Positions 37,356 to 45,552 of a stretch of 64,000 bases of DNA are shown here, piece by piece. The position numbers and the translations under genes are program-made. The notes beneath the pieces were generated by a model. The model had not been told where the DNA came from. It worked only from the letters and a program-made list of their open reading frames with translations, and did not search any database. Source of the DNA: an uncultured Verrucomicrobiae bacterium. GTDB taxonomy: Bacteria > Verrucomicrobiota > Verrucomicrobiia > Limisphaerales > DASXHY01. Every line of letters starts with the position of its first letter. Position 1 is the stretch's first letter. Where the stretch lies: contig OY969416.1 in the NCBI GenBank assembly GCA_963699145.1, positions 5,150,456-5,214,455 of the forward strand, given 5' to 3'.

Positions 37356-37637
37356 CTATTTCGCCTCCGCTTTCGCCGTGTGCGCGCCGTGTTTCTTGAA
37401 TGTGCGCGTCAGTGAAAATTCTCCCAAACGGTGACCCACCATGTTTTCCGTCACAAACACCGGGTTGAAAACCTTCCCGTTGTGGACGTTGAACGTCAGG
37501 CCGACAAATTCCGGAGTGATCATCGAACGGCGCGACCAGGTCTTGATCGGCGTCTTCTGGTTTGTGCTCTTGGCCTTCTGGACTTTTTCCTGAAGGTGCA
37601 GATCGACAAACGGGCCTTTTTTAAGTGAGCGTCCCAT
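37356..37637 (-). CDS. rpsS: 30S ribosomal protein S19
   Basis: [15 protein letters not shown]...[23 protein letters not shown]. Confidence 0.95.
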   Translation of the reverse strand: MGRSLKKGPFVDLHLQEKVQKAKSTNQKTPIKTWSRRSMITPEFVGLTFNVHNGKVFNPVFVTENMVGHRLGEFSLTRTFKKHGAHTAKAEAK

Positions 37638-37640
37638 AAA

Positions 37641-38495
37641 TTATTTGTGCTTCATTGGCCGGCCATCGCGACGGACCAAAATAAATCGGTTGGAAATCTT
37701 CTTCTTATCGCGCGTGCGATAACCCTTCGCGATCAAACCCCAGGGCGACGTCAACTGCTGCCAACCACCGCCCGACTTGGATTTACCTGCGCCACCACCA
37801 TTCGGATGGTCCACCGGGTTACGCGCAACACCGCGGTTAATCGGGCGAATGCCCCGATGCCGTGAACGACCGGCTTTGCCGAGAATCACATTTTCGTGTT
37901 CCGCATTGCCAACCTGGCCGATGGTCGCATAGCAATTCTCATTGACCCGGCGGATTTCGCCCGAAGGCAAACGAACCTGCGCATAACCCTCATCGCGCGA
38001 CATCAAACTCGCCGCGCCGCCCGCCGTGCGCACCATCTGGCCGCCGCGACCCGGAGTGATTTCGATATTGTGAATACTGCTCGCCAGCGGAATGGCCTTG
38101 AGCGGCAGGCAATTGCCAAGATCCGGGGGAGCCGAAGGGCCGCTCATCAACTTCGCGCCCACCTGCAAACCAGCCGGCGCGATCATATACGCCTTCTCGC
38201 CATCCTTATATTGGAGCAACGCCAGGCGGGCCGTGCGGATCGGATCATACTCGATGCCCAGCACCGTCGCCTCCACCCCATGCTTCTGACGCTTGAAATC
38301 GACGATCCGGATTTTTTGCTTGTGACCGCCGCCGATACCGCGAGCCGTGGCGCGGCCATAATGATTGCGCCCGCCGGTCTTCTTGCGAATCTCGACCAGG
38401 CTCTTCTCAGGCTTGGACTTTGTAATATCGCTGTTATCGGCGAACGTTATATAGCGCGTCGACGGCGTCAGCGGTCTAAATGTCTTAACTGGCAT
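37641..38495 (-). CDS. rplB: 50S ribosomal protein L2
   Basis: 284 aa with GRNHYGRATARGIGGGHKQKIRIVDF and NPVDHPNGGGAGKS. Confidence 0.95.
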   Translation of the reverse strand: MPVKTFRPLTPSTRYITFADNSDITKSKPEKSLVEIRKKTGGRNHYGRATARGIGGGHKQKIRIVDFKRQKHGVEATVLGIEYDPIRTARLALLQYKDGEKAYMIAPAGLQVGAKLMSGPSAPPDLGNCLPLKAIPLASSIHNIEITPGRGGQMVRTAGGAASLMSRDEGYAQVRLPSGEIRRVNENCYATIGQVGNAEHENVILGKAGRSRHRGIRPINRGVARNPVDHPNGGGAGKSKSGGGWQQLTSPWGLIAKGYRTRDKKKISNRFILVRRDGRPMKHK

Positions 38496-39108
38496 AAAAT
38501 CAAATCAGTTACCAAATCAACCAAGTCAGTTGCGTTCAATGCTGTAGAGCGCGAAAACCTCGACGCCTTTCGGCGAACCTGCCGACGCTACAACCATCTA
38601 ACACTTCCATCAGCTTGGAGAGCGGAGCCATCAATCCTGGACCCAGATGGGCCGTCAGTTATCGGTCCCGCAAATTATGCTGCCCGTCCCTTTTGGGGAA
38701 ACGGGAGCCGGAATATAGGCAAACCCAATCCACTGCGCAATAGGTTTTTTCAGAAATTTTCACTGTGCCGCCCAAAACTCCGTCCCGAAGCCAAAACCCC
38801 GTGTTTTCAGCCAATTTTCAACCTCGGCCCATCGCCAAGCCCCGCAAATCCGAAAACCTTTAAGCGAAATCTGAAACAAATCCGAAATATCGCCACGCTG
38901 ATATTGAATCGACTCGTTCTCCCTTCCCTGAAAAATCCAAACCTTCGCGAAAGCGCCAAACAAAGCCCCAGAGGGGCAACCGATACTAGATGGCATGGCT
39001 ATTAGCGGGTGAGCGAAATCGCGCTACACCAAGGTTCGTATGATAAATAAAACCAACACCAATACCCACCAAGCAAATCAACCACAAACTCTGCTCAACA
39101 CCAAAAGC

Positions 39109-39281
39109 ATCAAGCTGGGCATCGACTTTCATACCGACAACTATTGGATGGTCCGCCAAGTGGATCATGCCACTCCGCAACCGGCCCCAAATTTTCTTCT
39201 GCAGGATTTATGCTTGGGGTCAAAAAACAACTCGCGCTGGCTGAAGAAATCCACAACTCCTATGAGACCGACCCCTACTGA
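39109..39281 (+). pseudogene. IS110-family transposase N-terminal remnant (frameshifted and truncated)
   Basis: Frame A reads IKLGIDFHTDNYWMVRQVDHATPQPAP. It continues in another frame from 39189 as KFSSAGFMLGVKKQLALAEEIHNSYETDPY, then a stop. This matches, from memory, the G-I-D-x-H ... C/S-Y-E-x-G/D-P-x-GY N-terminal layout of IS110-type DEDD transposases. About 250-300 aa of the protein are missing. Confidence 0.45.
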
Positions 39282-39305
39282 CCACTGACCACTGACTACT
39301 GACCA
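39277..39305. repeat. ACTGACC tandem heptamer (about 4 units)
   Basis: actgacc actgacc actgact actgacc, starting at the truncation point of the transposase remnant. Confidence 0.7.
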
Positions 39306-39441
39306 CTCCGACTAATTCCGGCCAAAAAAACTTCCAAATGAAAATTCCAAGTCGGCCTTCACCCCAGTTGTGACGCAAAAAATTTCATGGAGGTTCAAGC
39401 GAGACATCACTCAAAAAAACTTAAACAACGAATAAAATATT

Positions 39442-39993
39442 ATGGCAAAAAATAAATCCAATCGCATGCCCTCCAACGAAGACACGGGATCCGAGTCCAA
39501 AATGGACAATGATCTCCATGAACTTTTCCTCGACGAACTCGCGGACCTCTACAGCGCCGAACAGCAACTCACCAAGGCCCTGCCCAAAATGGCCAAAGCC
39601 GCCCAGTCCGATGAATTGCGCGAAGCCCTCGAGCAACATCTGGAAGAAACCGAGGAACACATCTCCCGACTCGAGCAAGTCGCCGAATCACTGGACGAAA
39701 CCCTCAAGAAGAAAACCTGCGAGGCGATGAAAGGCCTGCTCAAAGAAGGCGACGAAATCGTCAAGGAACAGAAAGACTCCACCGCGCTGGACGCCGGCAT
39801 CATCGCTGCGTGCCAAAAAGTGGAGCACTACGAAATCGCCAGCTACGGCACCGTTTGCGCCTGGGCCGAACAAATGGGCCACGACGAAGCCTTGAAACTC
39901 CTGCGCCAAACCGAAGAGGAAGAATCCGCTGCCGATGAAAAATTGACGGAGATCGCGGAGAACATCGCCAACGAACGAGCGCAGTCGGAATAA
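39442..39993 (+). CDS. DUF892 / YciE-YciF-type ferritin-like stress protein
   Basis: LHELFLDELADLYSAEQQLTKALPKMAKAAQSDELREALEQHLEETEEHISRLEQV. Confidence 0.82.
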   Translation: MAKNKSNRMPSNEDTGSESKMDNDLHELFLDELADLYSAEQQLTKALPKMAKAAQSDELREALEQHLEETEEHISRLEQVAESLDETLKKKTCEAMKGLLKEGDEIVKEQKDSTALDAGIIAACQKVEHYEIASYGTVCAWAEQMGHDEALKLLRQTEEEESAADEKLTEIAENIANERAQSE

Positions 39994-40020
39994 TCGCGGC
40001 GAAAATTATCGAACACCAAG

Positions 40021-40063
40021 CCTGGGAGCGCCGGCGTCTCGCCGGCCCGGCGGCGCTCCCAGG
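40021..40063. terminator. GC-rich hairpin between convergent genes (possible bidirectional terminator)
   Basis: cctgggagcgccg (40021-40033) pairs with cggcgctcccagg (40051-40063), a 13-bp perfect stem. There is no clear U-tract. Confidence 0.4.
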
Positions 40064-40073
40064 TGATTTCACT

Positions 40074-41504
40074 TCACGGCGACTTCAGCCGATAAAACCT
40101 TTGCCGGCCCGAAATTCCATTCGTCACCGCATATTGCCCCGCAAGCGGATCCCACGTCCCGGCGAGATTCGTGGTCGTCTCCAAACTGAACCCCACCACG
40201 TCGGAAGGCCACGTCACCACCGCGTTCGTTCCGACCCGCGCGATGGATAGCGCCGGCGCAAAGCTAATCTTGAAAATAGAGCCCAATCCAAACATGCCAC
40301 CGTCGCTGGCCGTGCCATACAACACCCCATTGGTGTATAGCAAGCCGCCCACGGGATGCGCCCCGTCATTGTTCGTCCCTCCGCCATTGGGTCCCACGCC
40401 GTTCGTCGCGCTGAACTCATACAAGGTCGAAAAACCCGTGCCATCCGTGTTGATTTTAAAGAGCGTGCCGCTGCCGGAACCGCCTCCGGTAAACGTGGTC
40501 CCGTAAAGCACGTTGCCGGACAAAGCCAGGCCGGACTTGGGACGCGCCCCGCCTGCATTGATCCCGGCAGGCCCATTGGTTGTGGCAAAAGAATGCAGAA
40601 CAGTGAACGTCGTTCCGTTGGTATCGATCGCGAAAATCGTTCCGCCGCCCAACTTGCCGCCCTCTCCGGCTGTGCCATACAGATTCGTGCCCGAGAGAAC
40701 GAGATTGCACGATGGAAATGCTCCATCGCCATTGGTGAAGTCAGGGCCGGAATCAGGCGAAAAACTATAGAAGTTCGTGTAGCCGGTGCCGTTCGTGTTG
40801 ATCTTGAAAATCGTTCCGTTATGAAAAGTGCCGCCGCCCGGAGTCGTGCCGTAGAGAGCGCCGTCAGCGAATATCAAATCGGCGCTGGGATATTGCCCGT
40901 TCGTGAAATTGAAATTGTGCAGGTTGCTAAATCCTGTCCCGTTGGTGCTCAGGGCAAACAAAGTTCCCCATCCAAAAGCGCCGCCGCTATTCGCCGAGCC
41001 ATACAATTCTCCTCCCTGGAGAATCAATCCGGCGTCCGGATAAGCGCCCACATTATTCGTGAACGGAAACGTGCTGTCGGTGACCGGAAAACTGAACAGA
41101 TTGGTCAAACCCGAACCGTCAATGTTCATCGCAATCACACACCCGTAATTCGAGCCGCCGCCGAATGTCGCCGTGGTATAAAGCGTGTTTCCCGAAAGGA
41201 GCAGGCTGCCATTCATGTTGCCGCCCTCCGGTGCAATCGCCGAGAAAGTATGCAGGTTAGTGAAACCGGAACCATCGATATTCATCCGAAAAATGGAACC
41301 CTCTCCGCCTGCCGTCCCGCCGCCATAGATCCGGGTCGTTCCATACAGAGTGTTTCCGGACAAGAGCAAGCTGGCGACCGGGCCAGTGCCATTCGTGAAG
41401 GCCAAACTATGAAGCGCAGTGAAGACCTGCGCCCGGACTGAAAGATGCAAAAACAAAACCAAAGCCGCGATGCTGACCGAAAAACGCTTGCCAGTAATGG
41501 TCAT
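40074..41504 (-). CDS. Gloeo_Verruco (GloVer)-type tandem-repeat secreted protein
   Basis: The ATG at 41504 gives a signal peptide (MTITGKRFSVSIAALVLFLHLSVRAQ). About 8 repeats follow the pattern LHSF....G..P...L.L.GN.LYGTT..GG..G.GT.F.I.T.GTGFT. Confidence 0.8.
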   Translation of the reverse strand: MTITGKRFSVSIAALVLFLHLSVRAQVFTALHSLAFTNGTGPVASLLLSGNTLYGTTRIYGGGTAGGEGSIFRMNIDGSGFTNLHTFSAIAPEGGNMNGSLLLSGNTLYTTATFGGGSNYGCVIAMNIDGSGLTNLFSFPVTDSTFPFTNNVGAYPDAGLILQGGELYGSANSGGAFGWGTLFALSTNGTGFSNLHNFNFTNGQYPSADLIFADGALYGTTPGGGTFHNGTIFKINTNGTGYTNFYSFSPDSGPDFTNGDGAFPSCNLVLSGTNLYGTAGEGGKLGGGTIFAIDTNGTTFTVLHSFATTNGPAGINAGGARPKSGLALSGNVLYGTTFTGGGSGSGTLFKINTDGTGFSTLYEFSATNGVGPNGGGTNNDGAHPVGGLLYTNGVLYGTASDGGMFGLGSIFKISFAPALSIARVGTNAVVTWPSDVVGFSLETTTNLAGTWDPLAGQYAVTNGISGRQRFYRLKSP

Positions 41505-41586
41505 ACCGGAAATGTGCCTTTGCACACTGCAGGTGACGAGAAAATTCTGGCGCCAAACCCGGATAGCGAACGCCGGGTTGCGAGCG

Positions 41587-42549
41587 TTAACGATGCATCC
41601 CGCCACCGCCACCACCACCGCCGCCGTGGAATCCACCACCGCCGCCACCACCCATTCCGCCGTGGAACCCGCCACCGATTGTGCCGCCATGAAATCCTCC
41701 ACCACCGATCGCGGCGCCATGAAACCCTCCGCCAACCACGCTGCCGTGAAATCCCCCGCCCATTGGGGAACTATGAAAACTGCTTACCGAGCCGTGGAAA
41801 CCACTGGAGCTAACAGTTCCCGCGTGGAACCCTCCGCTGACCCCGGCATGAAATCCCGTGCTCCCATGAAATCCAGCATGAACTCCTCCGTCATGCACAT
41901 GGAAGCCGTCGTGGATAAAACCTCCATGCGGGAAGAAACAACCGTGCGCGTAAAAGACTCCGCCAAACCAGCACGGGAAGGGATAAAAGAATGGGCTCGC
42001 ATAATAGCCGCTGGCATAATAGTAAGGGTAATAAGGATACGGATTGCCATAATCCCCGCCGATGTAGGCCACCGTCGATGCCGGCGGCGTGGACGGCGGT
42101 GTCGCGTATGCGGAATCATCTGCGCCGGCAGAGTTGCCGGGCGGCATGTCGCTAATTACCGGCGCCTGGCTGGGATTGGCACTGCCCTGGTCCTGCGCAA
42201 TTGCGGCTGTATGAGCTTGATCGTGCAATTCACCGCCGCGTTCCAACATCGCAGTCAATACCGGTGTGGAAATACCCATATCACGCAGCTTGATAATCTC
42301 ATCGGCCGACGGCTGGAATGGCCCGGGCGAGTTTTTGATGAACGACAACACAATGGATTGATCCACACCAGACTTGCTCAACGCAACGATTTCGTTGATG
42401 CGTCCGGAAAACTGGGGAGCAGCGCTGGCAGGAACCGCGCTGACGGTATCGCTTGGTTGAGTGGGATTGGGTTCAATCGCGCGCGCGGCAAGGCTGACAC
42501 TGGCAACCAGGCCGCAAAGGGCAAAGAGTGACAAAAACCGCGTTTTCAT
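41587..42549 (-). CDS. secreted protein with Tyr/Pro-rich and (G)GFHG-repeat C-terminal low-complexity region
   Basis: The ATG at 42549 gives signal peptide MKTRFLSLFALCGLVASVSLAARA. The C-terminal ~110 aa consist of about eleven G-F-H units ending GGGGGGGFHGGGGGGGGGMHR. Confidence 0.6.
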   Translation of the reverse strand: MKTRFLSLFALCGLVASVSLAARAIEPNPTQPSDTVSAVPASAAPQFSGRINEIVALSKSGVDQSIVLSFIKNSPGPFQPSADEIIKLRDMGISTPVLTAMLERGGELHDQAHTAAIAQDQGSANPSQAPVISDMPPGNSAGADDSAYATPPSTPPASTVAYIGGDYGNPYPYYPYYYASGYYASPFFYPFPCWFGGVFYAHGCFFPHGGFIHDGFHVHDGGVHAGFHGSTGFHAGVSGGFHAGTVSSSGFHGSVSSFHSSPMGGGFHGSVVGGGFHGAAIGGGGFHGGTIGGGFHGGMGGGGGGGFHGGGGGGGGGMHR

Positions 42550-42719
42550 ACTATCCATTCGACGTTCCAAACTGGTTCAGTATTCAGAACATTCTGCAAA
42601 ATCAGAATACACCAGAAACCTCTGATTTTCAATGAAAAACGTTTTTTAAATGGAGCGTGGAATTCATTCCGCAAAAATGCAAATTACCATGGCTTGGGCC
42701 ATTCATTTTTAACGGGCAT

Positions 42720-44810
42720 TCACGCCTCCTGCAATTGCTGCTTGAGCTTTTTGCTTTCCTCCATCACGCGTTGCTCCGCTTCGCGCGGCATTTCTTCGTA
42801 ATGGCTGAATTCTTCCGTATGCACACCGCGCCCCCCGGTCAGCGACCGCAATGTGCTCGAGTACCGATACAATTCCTTCGTCGGCACATGCGCCTTGATG
42901 ACCTGGAAAGCGCCGTCGGTATCCATGCCCTGAATTTTCCCGCGTCGGCTCGAAAGATCGCCCATCACCTTGCCCATGAATTCCTCGGGAATCCTGATTT
43001 CCACGGTGTCGATCGGCTCCAGCATGCATGGCTTCGCTGCGGCGAACGCTTCCTTGAACGCGAAATAGCCCGCGATTTGAAACGCGATATCCTTCGAATC
43101 CACCGGATGCATTTTGCCGTCGTAAAAATCAATCTTGAGATCGACGATGCGATAACCGGCCACGATACCTTCCTCGCAAGCCTTGTTCGCACCCTTCTCC
43201 ACCGACGGCACGAACACTCGGTCCACGTTCTGGCCGACCAGCGATTGCGTAAACTCCACGCCCGTGTCGCGCGGCTTCGGTTCGATGCGCATCCAAACCT
43301 CGGCGAATTGTCCGGAGCCGCCGGTTTGCTTTTTGTGCCGGTATTTAGATTCACCGCGCCCCTTGATCGTCTCCCGATAACGCACGCGTGGTTCGTGCAA
43401 TTCCACGTGCACGCCGTACCGCCGCCGCAATCGTTCGGCGATGACCTCCAGGTGCAACTCGCCCTGGGCCGACAAAACCGTCTGGTGCAATTCCGCATCC
43501 ACATGGTGCAAAAAAGTCGGGTCCTCGTGATGCAACGCCTGCAAACCGGAGGCGATTTTATCCTCCTCGCCCTTGCTCGTGCTCTTCAAGGCGGCGTGAA
43601 TATTTGGCTTGGGGTAAACCACTTTTGGCAACGACACCGGGTGCTTCGCGTTGCACAGCGTGTTGCCCGTGTGCGTGTCCTTCAATTTCACCACTGCGCC
43701 AATGTCCCCCGGCCCGAGCGACGGCGCCGTCTCTCGATTTTTTCCGTTCAAAATATAAATCTGCCCGATCTTTTCCGTCGTGCGACGGTCGGTGTTATAC
43801 AACTCCGAACCCAATTTCACGTGTCCGGAATAAACGCGAAAAAACGACAACTCGCCGAACTGCGCCTCGCTCATGGTTTTGAAAACGTAGCAAACCGGAT
43901 CGGCATCGTGCAGCGCCACCTCCACGTCCTTGCCCTTCGCATCCTGCGCCGCCACCTTCTCGCGATCCACCGGCGAAGAGCCGTACTTCGCGATGAAATC
44001 CATCATCCGCGCCACCCCGACGTTGTTTTCCGCCGACGCGCAAAACACCGGCACGAACGATTGTTTCTGCACGGCCGCGTGCAACCCCGCGCGCAACTCC
44101 TCTTCGCTCAATGTGCCTTTGTCCATCCATTTCTCCAGGAGCGAGTCGTCTGCTTCCGCAATGTATTCGATCAATTCCTTGTGCAACTCGGACACCCGCT
44201 CCGCCAATTCGCCCGACGCCGGCGCTTCAGTAAATTTACCGCTGCGATCGCCCGCATACGTGATGACTTCGCTGCGAATCGTGTCCAGCAATTGATTGAA
44301 GCCCGGGCCGGGATTGATCGGCAGACTCACCGGAAACACGCGCGCGCCAAAATGTTCGCGCAACTGGGTCAACACGCTCTCAAAACTGGCGCCCTGTTTG
44401 TCGAACGCGTTGATGACAATCATTTTTGGAATGTCATCCTCGGTCGCATATTTCCACGCCGCGTCAGTGCCGATGCTGACACCGTGGGCGGCATTGACGA
44501 CCATCAAAGCAAAATCGCCGACCCGCAACGCGCCCAAACCTTCGCTGATAAAATCCGCGTAACCGGGGCAGTCGAGGATATTGAATTTCTTCCCCAGCCA
44601 CTCGAGATGCATGAGCGTGGCCGAGACGGAAATCTGCCGCTGTTTTTCGCTCTCGTGATAATCGGAAACCGTCGTGCCGGACTGAATGCTGCCCATGCGA
44701 TTGATGACGCCCGCGCACGCGAGCATCGCCTCACTGAGCATGGTTTTACCGGAAGAAGCGTGGCCGACGATGGCGAAGTTACGGATATCAGCTGGTTGGT
44801 ATTCTTTCAT
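42720..44810 (-). CDS. elongation factor G paralogue (EF-G2-like translational GTPase)
   Basis: 696 aa with IRNFAIVGHASSGKTMLSEAML (G1), DCPGYADF (G3) and the domain II-V layout. It lies outside any str operon context. Confidence 0.88.
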   Translation of the reverse strand: MKEYQPADIRNFAIVGHASSGKTMLSEAMLACAGVINRMGSIQSGTTVSDYHESEKQRQISVSATLMHLEWLGKKFNILDCPGYADFISEGLGALRVGDFALMVVNAAHGVSIGTDAAWKYATEDDIPKMIVINAFDKQGASFESVLTQLREHFGARVFPVSLPINPGPGFNQLLDTIRSEVITYAGDRSGKFTEAPASGELAERVSELHKELIEYIAEADDSLLEKWMDKGTLSEEELRAGLHAAVQKQSFVPVFCASAENNVGVARMMDFIAKYGSSPVDREKVAAQDAKGKDVEVALHDADPVCYVFKTMSEAQFGELSFFRVYSGHVKLGSELYNTDRRTTEKIGQIYILNGKNRETAPSLGPGDIGAVVKLKDTHTGNTLCNAKHPVSLPKVVYPKPNIHAALKSTSKGEEDKIASGLQALHHEDPTFLHHVDAELHQTVLSAQGELHLEVIAERLRRRYGVHVELHEPRVRYRETIKGRGESKYRHKKQTGGSGQFAEVWMRIEPKPRDTGVEFTQSLVGQNVDRVFVPSVEKGANKACEEGIVAGYRIVDLKIDFYDGKMHPVDSKDIAFQIAGYFAFKEAFAAAKPCMLEPIDTVEIRIPEEFMGKVMGDLSSRRGKIQGMDTDGAFQVIKAHVPTKELYRYSSTLRSLTGGRGVHTEEFSHYEEMPREAEQRVMEESKKLKQQLQEA

Positions 44811-44968
44811 AACGAAAAATCCTCAAGCTAGTCCGCGTTGGGTGGCTGCGCGTACATTCGGAATTTATTCCCGACTGGGCCGTTCGCCAAGTGAATATAA
44901 TGCAGGATAGACTACTGACTGCCGAGTCGCCGAAGCCAGGTAAGCGGGTCGGAGGCGCTCGGAATCAC

Positions 44969-45232
44969 TTAACGAAATACGAGCAAATCTTCCTGAACAC
45001 CGTACAAAACGAAAAAAGGGAAAGAGACCAAATTGCGCCTTCTGACTTCTTTCACGACCCTTGAACCGGTATTCAAAAAGTGGCCGGCCGAACTCGGCTG
45101 CTTTTTGATTTGCGCAATAGCTTCGTCCAAATCCGCTCGGAAACGCAATGCGAGTCTTTCCGAAACTTCGCGGTATTGGAATTCCAAAGCTTTAATCTCC
45201 TTCGGAAAATCCGGGTGGAAAACCACCCTCAT
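44969..45232 (-). CDS. RelE/ParE-family toxin
   Basis: 87 aa with a 4-nt overlap with the upstream antitoxin-like gene. The pattern is HPDFPKEIKAL...FPFFVLYGVQEDLLVF. Confidence 0.65.
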   Translation of the reverse strand: MRVVFHPDFPKEIKALEFQYREVSERLALRFRADLDEAIAQIKKQPSSAGHFLNTGSRVVKEVRRRNLVSFPFFVLYGVQEDLLVFR

Positions 45233-45432
45233 TTGAGAGCGTCGCGAAATTCCGTTTCCGTCAGGCCGACAACCTTTCCAGTCACAACGTCCTCAATTCC
45301 TCGCACTGCTTCAGCAACACGCGCGGAAACCTTATGTTCCGATTCTATACTGGCAACTATCTGCCGAGCCAAATCCAGACGCTCCTTTTCCGGCAGCGCC
45401 ATGACAGCTTCGGCAATCTCCTGCGTGCTCAT
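45229..45432 (-). CDS. putative addiction-module antitoxin component
   Basis: 67 aa with MSTQEIAEAVMALPEKERLDLARQIVASI, the typical N-terminus of the small addiction-module component family. Confidence 0.6.
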   Translation of the reverse strand: MSTQEIAEAVMALPEKERLDLARQIVASIESEHKVSARVAEAVRGIEDVVTGKVVGLTETEFRDALK

Positions 45433-45552
45433 GTCCTAATCTTAGTCCCCTCACAGGCGATTCGCCAAGTCAATATACGAATCAGTGTTAACCTTGAAAC
45501 GTGAACAATGTCCCAGGCTTGAATCAATATTCACGTTTAACGCATCACGTCC

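Noticed and set aside
38760-38996. 78-aa minus-strand ORF in the gap upstream of rplB.
   Set aside because: I recognise no family signature and see no obvious SD. It lies in a region that looks like rearrangement debris next to the transposase remnant. The evidence is not sufficient to call a gene.
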